Source: Syntrophales bacterium
Lineage (GTDB): Bacteria > Desulfobacterota > Syntrophia > Syntrophales > UBA2210
DNA: 64,000 bases
Direction: 5' to 3'
Assembly: GCA_963662405.2 (NCBI GenBank)
Contig: CAXXKT010000001.1
Coordinates: 2,240,001-2,304,000, forward strand
A program made the position numbers and the translations under genes. The notes beneath the pieces were generated by a model. It was not told where the DNA came from. It searched no databases and worked only from the letters and a program-made list of their open reading frames with translations. How positions within the stretch are numbered: position 1 is the stretch's first letter; every line of letters starts with the position of its first letter. Shown here one piece after another: positions 30,384 through 40,101 of this stretch.

Positions 30384-30511
30384 TAATATTATTGATCGCA
30401 GGATGTCCACGGAATTTTTGATTTTCATTATTGATCTCTTATTGTATCATACAATGATTCATGGTTCTGTATCGAATATTCGCATGTGGCTTTCTTCAGG
30501 AGGTGATTGTT

Positions 30512-31603
30512 GTGGGTAAAATCAAAGTAGCGTTGGCGGGGGTTGGTAATTGCGCCAGTTCACTGATTCAGGGCATTCATTACTATAGAGAGAAAGAAGC
30601 CGAGGATGTGATAGGCCTCATGCACGGGGATATCGGGGGATATCGGCCCGGAGACATCGAGGTGGTCGCGGCGTTTGATATTGACACGCGCAAGGTCGGT
30701 AAAGACCTCCACGAGGCCATATTCGCCCCGCCGAACTGCACGACGATCTTTTATCCCGATCTTTCAGTGTCAGGGGTGACGGTTCAGATGGGGAAGATCC
30801 TGGACGGTGTTTCCGATCATATGAAAGAATATGACGAACAATATATCTTTTCCCCCGCCGGGCTTCCTGAACCGGAGAGGGAAGCGGTCGTGTCGGTCCT
30901 GAAGGAAAGTGGCGCCCAGATCCTCCTGAACTACCTGCCGGTCGGCTCTGAGGAGGCGACTCGATTTTATGCGGAGTGTGCACTGGAAGCGGGCGTTGCC
31001 CTTATCAACAACATACCTGTCTTTATCGCCAGCGATCCGCTCTGGGCCGGGCGCTTCGAGGCGAAGGGTCTTCCCCTCGTCGGCGATGATATCAAGTCAC
31101 AGCTCGGCGCGACCATTACACACCGCGTCCTTACCGATCTCTTCAGGAAAAGGGGCGTCAAGCTGGATCATACCTATCAGATCAACACCGGCGGTAATAC
31201 AGATTTTCTGAATATGCTGAATCGCCACCGCCTGAAGTCGAAGAGAACATCAAAGACCGAAGCGATTCAGTCGGTTATGGAGAACCGTCTGGCCGATGAA
31301 GATATCCATATCGGGCCGAGTGATTATGTGCCGTGGCAGAAGGATAATAAGGTCTGCTTCCTTCGGATGGAAGGGAGGATATTCGGTGATGTCCCGATGG
31401 ATATAGAGCTTCGCCTCTCGGTTGAGGATTCGCCGAATTCAGGGGGCGTCGCGATAGATGCCATCCGCTGTGTCAAACTTGCTCTCGACCGCGGAGAGGG
31501 GGGAGTCCTTGAAGGGCCGTCTGCCTATTTCTGCAAGCATCCGCCGCGCCAGTATGCCGATGATGAGGCATATCGGAAGACGGAGGAATTCGTAAAGAGG
31601 TGA
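30512..31603 (+). CDS. ino1: Inositol-3-phosphate synthase
   Basis: GVGNCASS, NYLPVGSE, GDDIKSQLGAT, GGNTDFLN, DSPNSGG; GTG start behind AGGAGG. Confidence 0.93.
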   Translation: MGKIKVALAGVGNCASSLIQGIHYYREKEAEDVIGLMHGDIGGYRPGDIEVVAAFDIDTRKVGKDLHEAIFAPPNCTTIFYPDLSVSGVTVQMGKILDGVSDHMKEYDEQYIFSPAGLPEPEREAVVSVLKESGAQILLNYLPVGSEEATRFYAECALEAGVALINNIPVFIASDPLWAGRFEAKGLPLVGDDIKSQLGATITHRVLTDLFRKRGVKLDHTYQINTGGNTDFLNMLNRHRLKSKRTSKTEAIQSVMENRLADEDIHIGPSDYVPWQKDNKVCFLRMEGRIFGDVPMDIELRLSVEDSPNSGGVAIDAIRCVKLALDRGEGGVLEGPSAYFCKHPPRQYADDEAYRKTEEFVKR

Positions 31604-31904
31604 AGGACGACTCTGCTCATCGCAACCCGCTCCTCTGAAACAGACAGGGAGAACGATGGCAACAGAGGGGGGACCGCTCTTCCTGCCCCATATCCTCACT
31701 TGCTTGTGGCGTTTGAACCGGGGGGTACCTGACGGAGAGATCTCTATTCATACCAAAAACAACAGGTAACCCACGACAGTCAACGGTGAGCCGTGAGTCC
31801 TATTCTTTTATCGATTGCTCTGCGGCGCTGACCCATCACTCTCTGGAAGTGAGATCCCGATTGAGGCGCTGGGTCGGGTGTGCCTCCGCTCAATAACGAC
31901 ATAT

Positions 31905-31936
31905 TACAGCCATAACGATATATCGTTATGGCTGTA
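31905..31936. promoter_or_regulatory. Perfect 32-bp palindrome, candidate upstream activator site
   Basis: TACAGCCATAACGATA|TATCGTTATGGCTGTA, about 70 bp upstream of a sigma-54 promoter. Confidence 0.55.
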
Positions 31937-32003
31937 TGGGCACGCCTTTCTTCGTTCAGCCACAAGGTGTTGTATATGCATCCGAATAGATCGTCTTCGT
32001 CCG

Positions 32004-32018
32004 TGGCACGGCACTTGC
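32004..32018 (+). promoter_or_regulatory. Sigma-54 (-24/-12) promoter
   Basis: TGGCACG-GCAC-TTGC matches the TGGCACG-N4-TTGC consensus; a sigma-54 activator gene lies downstream of the operon. Confidence 0.8.
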
Positions 32019-32429
32019 GCTTGTAGGTATGGTTCAGATAGTTGTCTCTGCCATTTTTGGGCGAACCCGATGGGCCTACCAACGAATGATCTCGGCGGGG
32101 CGCACAGATTGCTTATGGGATGCTGTTGGATGACTGAGACGGGGGCGGATATCATCACAGAACACAGCACAGTACAGGGGAGAAACGGTCGCGGACCGTA
32201 CATCCGAATCCTGGAACATCATAGGTGCGGTACCTATCATGTATCCAGGCCTGAAGATTGACGGGTGTGCCCCCGCCGCGGCAGATGGAAGCCTTTTGAC
32301 AAGAAGAAACAGGAAAGGTTGTAATGCGGGGAGGCTCGTCACGAGGTGAATGTTCCTGAATCTCGTACATCAGGAGCGGCTTTGTGCAACGAGTGCGGAG
32401 CGGAAACATTTTAAGAAAAGGAGAGGATC

Positions 32430-33692
32430 ATGAAAAAGATGCGTCTGTTTTTGAGTGTTTTTATTGCCATCTCTGTTGGGGCGTTGGGGGTGTCCACGGC
32501 AGCTATCGCGAAGGAAAAACCCATCAAAATCGGTTTCATGGGGAACCTGTCTTCGCCGGCAACACTGAGCTCACAGGCCGCTGCCAAGCTGGCGGTCAGC
32601 GAGATGAACTTAGCCGGCGGGATCCTCGGACGGCATGTCGAGCTAATCATTGAAGACACAAAGGGAGAAATTCCAAAGTCCATCGAGATCTATAAGAAGC
32701 TGGTCATGTACAATAAAGTGGATGCCGTGGTGATAGCCGAAAAGGTTGAAATGGGTGTTGCCGGGATGGAGATCGGCGCCGAACTCTTCCGGGAGTTTCC
32801 GCATATCATGTTTTCAACCATCGGATCGGGAGATACCATCTGGCATCATGTCCGGGACAATTATGACAAATATAAATTCGGTTTCCAGACCTACTATTAC
32901 ATCTCGACAAACTACCTGAACATTATGGGAAAGGAAGTCTTACCGAATTTCTTCAAAGAGACGGTCGGCACCAACAAGGTCGCCATCATCTATGAGGATA
33001 TGGAGTGGACCAAACCCCTCCGCAAGGGTCTCGAGGGCGTTTCCGCCGGCTTGAGGGCTGAGTATGTGAAAAAGGGGATGGAGGTCGTGTATGAGGCGAC
33101 CCTGTCGCTCGACCAGAAGGTATTCAGCACCGTCTTTGAAGAGATCGCTGCATCAGGCGCCGGTGTGATGGACTGTGTCGTGGGATACATAGACCAGGGT
33201 TCCTTTATCAAGCAGTGGGCGCAGTCCAGTGCCAAGGATATCCCCTGGTTCATCTGGGGCGGTCTTGCCGGCATGCCCGTGGCATGGAAGATGACAGAGG
33301 GAAAGGTCGCCGGTGGTTCCGTCGGCTCGTCCTTTGTCAAGATCCCTATCACGGAGAAGACCATTCCCTTCATGGATGACATGGTGCAGAAGTATAAAAC
33401 GGGTCCTATCTTCGGATCACACACCACCTACGATACACTGAACGGTTACAAGAAGGCGGTGGAGCAGGCGGGGGGCACGAAGGATATCGATAAGCTCATC
33501 AAGTCATTGGAGCATGTTCGCGAGGTTGCCGTTCTGGGAACGATTGGTTGGGATCCCCAGTATCATTATAATCTGCCCTATCCGGATTATATCACCCCCA
33601 TCGTCCAGTGGCAGAGCGGGGAAATGGTGGTGGTCCAACCCTTGAATATTGCAACGGGGAAGTTCAAATCCCCGAAGGAATTACGGAAGTAG
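32430..33692 (+). CDS. Liv-type ABC substrate-binding protein
   Basis: Signal peptide; PIKIGF, GGILGRHVELIIED. Confidence 0.88.
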   Translation: MKKMRLFLSVFIAISVGALGVSTAAIAKEKPIKIGFMGNLSSPATLSSQAAAKLAVSEMNLAGGILGRHVELIIEDTKGEIPKSIEIYKKLVMYNKVDAVVIAEKVEMGVAGMEIGAELFREFPHIMFSTIGSGDTIWHHVRDNYDKYKFGFQTYYYISTNYLNIMGKEVLPNFFKETVGTNKVAIIYEDMEWTKPLRKGLEGVSAGLRAEYVKKGMEVVYEATLSLDQKVFSTVFEEIAASGAGVMDCVVGYIDQGSFIKQWAQSSAKDIPWFIWGGLAGMPVAWKMTEGKVAGGSVGSSFVKIPITEKTIPFMDDMVQKYKTGPIFGSHTTYDTLNGYKKAVEQAGGTKDIDKLIKSLEHVREVAVLGTIGWDPQYHYNLPYPDYITPIVQWQSGEMVVVQPLNIATGKFKSPKELRK

Positions 33693-33815
33693 TATACGAT
33701 TTTGCGGAACGGTGGGCGGTTCACCGGAAACGGTGCCTATCCGCCCACCGTACCACGGTGCCCGCGGCATGAGAAGGGTGCAGGGGTGCCGGACAACAAC
33801 ACGAGAGAGTGAATT

Positions 33816-34691
33816 ATGGCCGTTGCTATTCAGAACATCATTGTCTATACGATCATATGGGGATCGATTTATCTCCTTATCTCGATGGGATTTTCATTGA
33901 TCTGCGGCGTATTGCGCATTTTCCATCTGGGATACGGGGCCACTTTTGTGATTGCCGCATATGGCACCTGGCTCTTTATGCATGAGCTGTCACTGGGGCT
34001 GGTGCCGAGTATTCTGCTCATGGTCCTTTTGCAGATCACGATCGCCATCTTGGTATTCTACAAGGGGGTTTTCCAGCGCTATCTCGACGAAGAGGAAAAT
34101 CTCCTGGTAGTTTCAATGCTGATTTTCTTGGCTGTTGCCCATTTTGCCAATTACCTCTATCCGCAGACGGCGGGAGTGAGTCTCCCTACCGCCCTGGTGA
34201 CCGGCATGGTTCAGATCGGTGCCGTGAAGATATCCTCTGAGATGATCGCCGCCGCCGTGGTCGGTGTCGTGGTCACGGGACTCTTCATCCTGATGTTTCT
34301 CAAGACACGCATCGGCCTGATTATCAGGTCGATGAGTCAAGACGTGTACGCCGCGAAACTGATGGGGGTCGGTGTCGATAATATGTACTATCTGGCGATG
34401 ATCCTGTCGGTCATTCCCCCGACCATCTGTGTTCTCATGATTGCCCCCTTCTGGAGTATCGATCCGTTCATGGGGGCGCCGCTCCTCTTGACGGCAATGC
34501 TCATTGCCATCCTCGGCGGATTGGGAAATCTGAAAGGAAACATCATTGCCTCGTATCTGATCGCGTTTATCCACTTCTCGGTGAGTTTCCTGTGGGCACC
34601 CCGTTTTATGGGGCTTGCGGCCCTTGTTGTGACGCTCATTTTCTTGATTGCGAAACGCGGAGGATTAGTGGCGGGAGAAACGATATGGTAA
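33816..34691 (+). CDS. Liv-type ABC permease (LivH-like)
   Basis: GFSLICGVLRIFHLGYG; ILGGLGN. Confidence 0.88.
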   Translation: MAVAIQNIIVYTIIWGSIYLLISMGFSLICGVLRIFHLGYGATFVIAAYGTWLFMHELSLGLVPSILLMVLLQITIAILVFYKGVFQRYLDEEENLLVVSMLIFLAVAHFANYLYPQTAGVSLPTALVTGMVQIGAVKISSEMIAAAVVGVVVTGLFILMFLKTRIGLIIRSMSQDVYAAKLMGVGVDNMYYLAMILSVIPPTICVLMIAPFWSIDPFMGAPLLLTAMLIAILGGLGNLKGNIIASYLIAFIHFSVSFLWAPRFMGLAALVVTLIFLIAKRGGLVAGETIW

Positions 34692-35728
34692 AGTTTGAAT
34701 TAAAACGGGACAGAATCTTAGTACGGTGGGGTATTGAAAAACTGGAGTGGTGCATCGAACCGCGTTACTGGAGAAATCCGATCATCGGTGTCGCGCTCCT
34801 CTTAATCCTGCCGATATTCTTTTATTCGCTGCCGCATATCCTGACGATGCTGACGACAGCCAATCTACTGGCGGCCATGGCGATCCCCTTAAGCCTGCAG
34901 ATCCTGGGGACGGCACGTGTCAATTTCGGGCCCCAGCTCTATCTGGGGATCGGTGGCTATACCGCTGCACTCCTCAATCTGCATTTTGGCTGGAGTCCCT
35001 TCTTTACCCTGATTGCCACCATCATCGTTTGCGGATCGGTTGCCCTGCTATTGAGCCCGACGACTTGGATTGCAAAGGGACTCTATTTTTCGCTCATAAC
35101 CCTGATACTTCCCCTGACCTTTCTCGACCTGACCTATCAGTTCGGCGATATCTTCAGGGGGGAGGTCGGACTCTTCGGGATGAGTCCGCTCCTCGATCTG
35201 GGACGGGTCCGCTGGAACTACATGGCGTATTACTATCTGTCCCTGTTCATGATGCTCCTCTTCATTCTCATTTCGGATAAGATCGTTCGCTCCCGGTTTG
35301 GCGTGACGCTGGCGGCGATCAACGAGAATGAAGAGGTGGCCCGGATGATGGGGATTGATGTCCCCAAATACAAGGTCTTTTATTACGTCTTTCCCTCCAT
35401 CCTCATCGGGATCGTCGGATGGTTCATCGTCCACACCTTCAGGTCATTTGCGGGGGTTACCTATCTTCCACTCGAGTTTATGCTGAAGGTGCTGATTATC
35501 GTCATCATCGGGGGGCGTGCCTTTGTCTATGGTGCGGTCCCGGGCGCATACGTCGTCGCCATTGTTGAGGAGGTCCTCCGCGGTTTCGGGCACATCAACC
35601 AGTGGGTATTTCCACTCGTTCTGATTGCCTTGATCTTTTTCCTGCCGCGGGGGGAAGGCCTCTGGGGTTTGTACCACAAACGACATCCCCGCGACTATTT
35701 CCCCAAGCTCCATGTCAGGCGAGAATAA
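34685..35728 (+). CDS. Liv-type ABC permease (LivM-like)
   Basis: NFGPQLYLGIGGY; KGLYFSLITL; start moved to 34685. Confidence 0.88.
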   Translation: MVKFELKRDRILVRWGIEKLEWCIEPRYWRNPIIGVALLLILPIFFYSLPHILTMLTTANLLAAMAIPLSLQILGTARVNFGPQLYLGIGGYTAALLNLHFGWSPFFTLIATIIVCGSVALLLSPTTWIAKGLYFSLITLILPLTFLDLTYQFGDIFRGEVGLFGMSPLLDLGRVRWNYMAYYYLSLFMMLLFILISDKIVRSRFGVTLAAINENEEVARMMGIDVPKYKVFYYVFPSILIGIVGWFIVHTFRSFAGVTYLPLEFMLKVLIIVIIGGRAFVYGAVPGAYVVAIVEEVLRGFGHINQWVFPLVLIALIFFLPRGEGLWGLYHKRHPRDYFPKLHVRRE

Positions 35729-35802
35729 CCGGGTATTGTTACTCGTTACAAGAGTCTCCCAAGAGTACGTGAGCCTTACCATTGCAAGGAGAATTGTGAA
35801 AC

Positions 35803-36531
35803 GTGATTGAAATAAAAAATATCGGGATTAAATTCGGGGGCCTGCAGGCACTCGACGATGTCAGTTTTTCAGTCGGAAAAGGGGAGGTGGTTGGCCTGAT
35901 CGGGCCAAACGGTGCAGGCAAGACAACAATGATGAATATCATATGCGGCCTGTATAAACCAACCACCGGGTCGATCCATTTTGAGGGGACCACGATTACC
36001 GGTTTGCCATCCAACAAGATATGTCACCTGGGTATATCGAGAACCTACCAGATACCGCAGCCTTTTTATGCAATGACCGCGCTGGGAGGGGTGACCGCCA
36101 GTGTCCTGAATGGAAAAAAACGGCCCAATATGTGTCTTTCGGACGCCGGTCTTGAGGCATCATATTACCTCGAATTTGTCGGTCTCTTCGCAAAGCGTGA
36201 CGAACTTGCCAGCAACCTCAACCTGTATGAACTGCGGATGCTTGAGCTCGCCCGAGCCCTGGCGACGACACCGAAGCTCCTCCTCCTCGATGAGGTGATG
36301 GCCGGATTGAACCCGGTCGAATCAACCCGGGCCCTTGATATGATCTGGAGCGCTCAGGACCAGTTCGGGATAACGCTGTTATGGATTGAACACGTGATGA
36401 AGATCATCATGAATGCCGCCCAGCGCATCGTTGTTCTCCAGTACGGCAAAAAGATCGCGGAGGGGCCTCCCGATCATATTGTCAAGGATCCGCGAATCAT
36501 AGAGGCCTATTTAGGGGGTAAGCGCCGATGA
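35803..36531 (+). CDS. Liv-type ABC ATPase (LivG-like)
   Basis: GPNGAGKTT, LLLDEVMAG. Confidence 0.92.
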   Translation: MIEIKNIGIKFGGLQALDDVSFSVGKGEVVGLIGPNGAGKTTMMNIICGLYKPTTGSIHFEGTTITGLPSNKICHLGISRTYQIPQPFYAMTALGGVTASVLNGKKRPNMCLSDAGLEASYYLEFVGLFAKRDELASNLNLYELRMLELARALATTPKLLLLDEVMAGLNPVESTRALDMIWSAQDQFGITLLWIEHVMKIIMNAAQRIVVLQYGKKIAEGPPDHIVKDPRIIEAYLGGKRR

Positions 36532-37235
36532 TGTTAACGATTGAAAACCTGAATGTCTCGTATGGCGTGATTCCGGTCCTGCATAATGTCAAGCTGGAAG
36601 TGGGGGAGGGAGAACTGGTGGCCCTGCTCGGTGCGAACGGTGCGGGGAAGACGACGCTTCTCAACACCATATCGGGTCTCATGCGTGGAACGTCGGGAAC
36701 CATCTCGTTTCTGGGGGACAACATCGAACATACATCCCCCCAGAAGATCGTCCAGGGAGGAATCTCACAGATACCGGAGGGACGGAAGATATTTCCCTAC
36801 CTGACGGTGAAGGAAAATCTGTTCATGGGGGCCAGTACCCGCCATGCATGGGGCTCGCGGTACCGGATGTTTGATGAGGTGTCGGAGATCTTTCCCATCC
36901 TGCGGGAACGAACAGAACAGCGAGCAAGCCTCATGAGCGGAGGCGAGCAGCAGATGCTGGTTATTGCCAGAGGGCTCATGGCACGACCGAAACTCCTCAT
37001 GATCGATGAACCGTCGCTGGGATTGAGCCCTGCATTCCAGGACCTGATCTACGAGGCCATCGAGGCGCTTCCGAAAAAGGGGATAACCGTTCTCCTGTCG
37101 GAGCAGAATGCCCAGATCGCATTGGAGATCAGCAACAGGGGGTATGTCATGCAGGACGGCGAAGTCGTCATGGAAGGTACCAATACGGAGCTCCTTGCAA
37201 GCGACCTGATACAGAAAGCGTACATGGGAGTGTAG
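36528..37235 (+). CDS. Liv-type ABC ATPase (LivF-like)
   Basis: GANGAGKTT, MSGGEQQM, DEPSLGL. Confidence 0.92.
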   Translation: MMLTIENLNVSYGVIPVLHNVKLEVGEGELVALLGANGAGKTTLLNTISGLMRGTSGTISFLGDNIEHTSPQKIVQGGISQIPEGRKIFPYLTVKENLFMGASTRHAWGSRYRMFDEVSEIFPILRERTEQRASLMSGGEQQMLVIARGLMARPKLLMIDEPSLGLSPAFQDLIYEAIEALPKKGITVLLSEQNAQIALEISNRGYVMQDGEVVMEGTNTELLASDLIQKAYMGV

Positions 37236-37239
37236 AGTT

Positions 37240-38604
37240 ATGAAAAATGATTACTTCTCATACACAGCAGAGATCTTCGATCGATCAAAGGTGAATCAAA
37301 AATCGGAGGCGCTGAAGGGGATACGGGTCCTGGATCTGTCCCACATGATATTCGGCCCCAAGGCGGCCAATATCCTTGCCGAGCATGGTGCCGAGGTCAT
37401 CAAGGTCGAGGTCCCCTATCAAGGTGATTACTGGCGCTCATCCACCTACTGGGGGAAATACTGGAAACACTCGAATCCCATGTGGCACTTCATCAATCAC
37501 AGTAAATATTTCGTCGGTATCGATGTCAAGTATCCGCGGGGGAAGGAACTGATCCTCGAGCTTGCGAAGCAGTCCGACATCGTGATCGAGAATTTTGCCA
37601 GCGGAACCGTCGAGGCTTGGGGGATCGGTTATACCCAGGTCAGTAAGATCAATCCCAAGGTTATTTATGCGAGCATGAGCACCTTCGGGCAATCGGGACC
37701 GGCACGCTTCTTCCCCGGATGGGATCTCCTGGCACAGGGGGCAAGCGGGGTCATCAGTATCACCGGGTATCCCGATACGGAACATTACTTCAAGGCACCG
37801 GACTTCTACGGTGATTTCTATCCCGGTTTTTTCGCCGCCATGACGATCATGATGGCTCTTAATTACCGTGAAAAAACCGGTGAAGGACAGTATCTCGATG
37901 TGTGCCAGACGGAGATTCTGATGCGCTCTCTCTTCAATTTTACCTATAGCAGCGTGCAGGGAGAAGAGCTCGGACGGACGGGTAATCATGATCCCACGGC
38001 GGCGCCTTCAGGGATCTTCAAGGCGGCCGACGACGTGTTCTTTGCCGTGGCGATCGGTACGGATGAACAGTTCCGTTCGCTGTGCACCGTGATGGAGAGA
38101 GAGGCTCTGATTACGGACAGTCGTTATGCAACGGCCTTGGAACGGCTGAAGAAGGAGCACGCCAAAGAGTTGGATACTCTTGTCAAGGAATGGATCGGGA
38201 CGAAGAGATCCGGAGAGCTGCGGACCCTTGCCAAGGAGTGCGCCTTTCCCCTGGGTGAGGTCATGGATGATCTGAAATTGTCGAATGATCCATGGAGGAG
38301 AGAGAGGGGAAGCGTCGTGGAGGTTGAAGACGAGATGTACAAGAAGCTGGTTATGGCGGGGTCTGCCGCCATGATGAGCAGGACGCCCGGACGGATCAAA
38401 TGGCTGACCCGGCCTCTCGGATACCATAACCGGTATGTCTTTAAGACACTTCTGGGATTATCGGAGGAGGAGATACGTACCTTGGAGAAAGAGCGAATCG
38501 TGGGAACGTGGGACTATCGCGTCGGACAACGGCCCCCTGTGTACTACGACATGGAGACGGATACCATGTTCAATTACGATGGGAAGGGGGGTGATGACAA
38601 TTAA
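37240..38604 (+). CDS. Family III CoA-transferase, catalytic-type subunit
   Basis: LKGIRVLDLS, GAEVIKVE, WDLLAQGASG, FYGDFYPG (catalytic Asp retained). Confidence 0.88.
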   Translation: MKNDYFSYTAEIFDRSKVNQKSEALKGIRVLDLSHMIFGPKAANILAEHGAEVIKVEVPYQGDYWRSSTYWGKYWKHSNPMWHFINHSKYFVGIDVKYPRGKELILELAKQSDIVIENFASGTVEAWGIGYTQVSKINPKVIYASMSTFGQSGPARFFPGWDLLAQGASGVISITGYPDTEHYFKAPDFYGDFYPGFFAAMTIMMALNYREKTGEGQYLDVCQTEILMRSLFNFTYSSVQGEELGRTGNHDPTAAPSGIFKAADDVFFAVAIGTDEQFRSLCTVMEREALITDSRYATALERLKKEHAKELDTLVKEWIGTKRSGELRTLAKECAFPLGEVMDDLKLSNDPWRRERGSVVEVEDEMYKKLVMAGSAAMMSRTPGRIKWLTRPLGYHNRYVFKTLLGLSEEEIRTLEKERIVGTWDYRVGQRPPVYYDMETDTMFNYDGKGGDDN

Positions 38605-39955
38605 AGAGAAAATCTATTCGCGACACATGCAGAACAAGGGCGCCGCCAAACGGCTCTCGGAATGGAGCAATGTGATCGCCGATATCATGTCTCCGGAGGG
38701 AAAACCGGAGGCGTTGAGTGGGACGGTCGTCTTGGATCTGAGTTACGCCAACTTTACCGGCGTTATTACTTCGGCCCTGCTTGCCGAGGCGGGTGCCGAG
38801 GTCATCAATATCGAGCCACCCGAAGGCGATCCGGCGCGTGTCATGACCCCTTACGGCGTTACGCTCCAGGAGACCGGTATTCCCTACCTGATGGAGAGCA
38901 GAAACAAGTTCAACATCACCCTTGACATCCATGATGCGGCGGACCGGGAGAATCTGATTGCCCTCGTCAAGAAGGCGGATATCCTGATCGAGACCTTTGA
39001 ACCCGGCATGATGGATTCCCTCGGGATCGGATATCGGCAGCTTGAAAAGATCAACTCCGGCCTGATCTATCTGGCGATTACTCCGTACGGCCAGTATACG
39101 CAACGGGCGGAGGAATGTGCCTCCATGCCGTGGTCCGACCTGACCAGCCAGGCCGAATCGGGACTTGCCGCCCTGATCGGAGGACTGGAGGATGAACCGG
39201 ATCCATACAACTGGCCGACACGATCCGGGTTTTACGCGGCCGGATATGCCACCGCCGTTTCGAGCGTGTGCAGTACGCTCATCGCCCTTTTCTTCAAGGG
39301 CCGCACCGGTCAGGGGCAGATGATCGATGTCGCGACGGCGGATTCATTCTCGTCCTGTGTCGGTATCCCCTCCACAATCGGGTATATCTGGAAGAGGCCG
39401 CGACCCCGGTACGGGACGCTCGACTACGGTCTGTGCCCCTACGGATTCTTCAAATGCAAAGACGGTTACGCCGCAATCGCCTGTTTCAGGGATCAGGATT
39501 TCAGAGCGGCCCTCCGGATACTGGGCCTCTGGAAGATCGAGGAAGACTGGAAGACGCTCCTGGATCGGATCACCGATGATGTCGAAAAGGCGAAGATTCT
39601 CAACCGGGAGATAGAGAAGGCCGTGGCCGGCATGACCTTTGAGGAGATCTTTACCAAGTTTCAGGCTTTTTGTATGAAGGCTGCAAAGTCGAAGTGGCGG
39701 GGAGGCGGTTTGCCGGTTACCACCAAGATGCTGCGTCCCATGGAGGTTATGGAGATAGAACACTGGAAGGTGCGGAATGCCTTTTTCAAGGCGGACGATA
39801 CCTATTACGGGACCTTTCAGGTGCCGACGACGGGGAAAATGTCCAAGACGCCCATGAGAATCAAGTCGATCTCGGCCCGTATCGGAGAGGATAACGACCG
39901 AATCTATAAAAAATATGGATTGAAGATACACAGAGCCAATTCAAACCCGGCATAG
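38594..39955 (+). CDS. Family III CoA-transferase, probable non-catalytic partner subunit
   Basis: LSGTVVLDLS, GAEVINIEPPEGDP, SDLTSQAESG; expected catalytic position reads FYAAGYA with no Asp; overlaps the previous gene. Confidence 0.8.
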   Translation: MTIKEKIYSRHMQNKGAAKRLSEWSNVIADIMSPEGKPEALSGTVVLDLSYANFTGVITSALLAEAGAEVINIEPPEGDPARVMTPYGVTLQETGIPYLMESRNKFNITLDIHDAADRENLIALVKKADILIETFEPGMMDSLGIGYRQLEKINSGLIYLAITPYGQYTQRAEECASMPWSDLTSQAESGLAALIGGLEDEPDPYNWPTRSGFYAAGYATAVSSVCSTLIALFFKGRTGQGQMIDVATADSFSSCVGIPSTIGYIWKRPRPRYGTLDYGLCPYGFFKCKDGYAAIACFRDQDFRAALRILGLWKIEEDWKTLLDRITDDVEKAKILNREIEKAVAGMTFEEIFTKFQAFCMKAAKSKWRGGGLPVTTKMLRPMEVMEIEHWKVRNAFFKADDTYYGTFQVPTTGKMSKTPMRIKSISARIGEDNDRIYKKYGLKIHRANSNPA

Positions 39956-40101
39956 GGCGTATGCCGGACTCATGAGCACTCCTGTGCTCATCGGGGTGGC
40001 GGTAATGAGATAGATGGCTTTGTGAAGGGACAGGGGTGCCTCCTGTCCCTTCGTGCGATGGCAAAACGATCGTGTCAATCTGGTAAGGAGGATAATCTGG
40101 A

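Noticed and set aside
31815..32261. 148-aa ORF in the intergenic region
   Set aside because: It has no RBS or recognisable domain and overlaps the palindrome and sigma-54 promoter.
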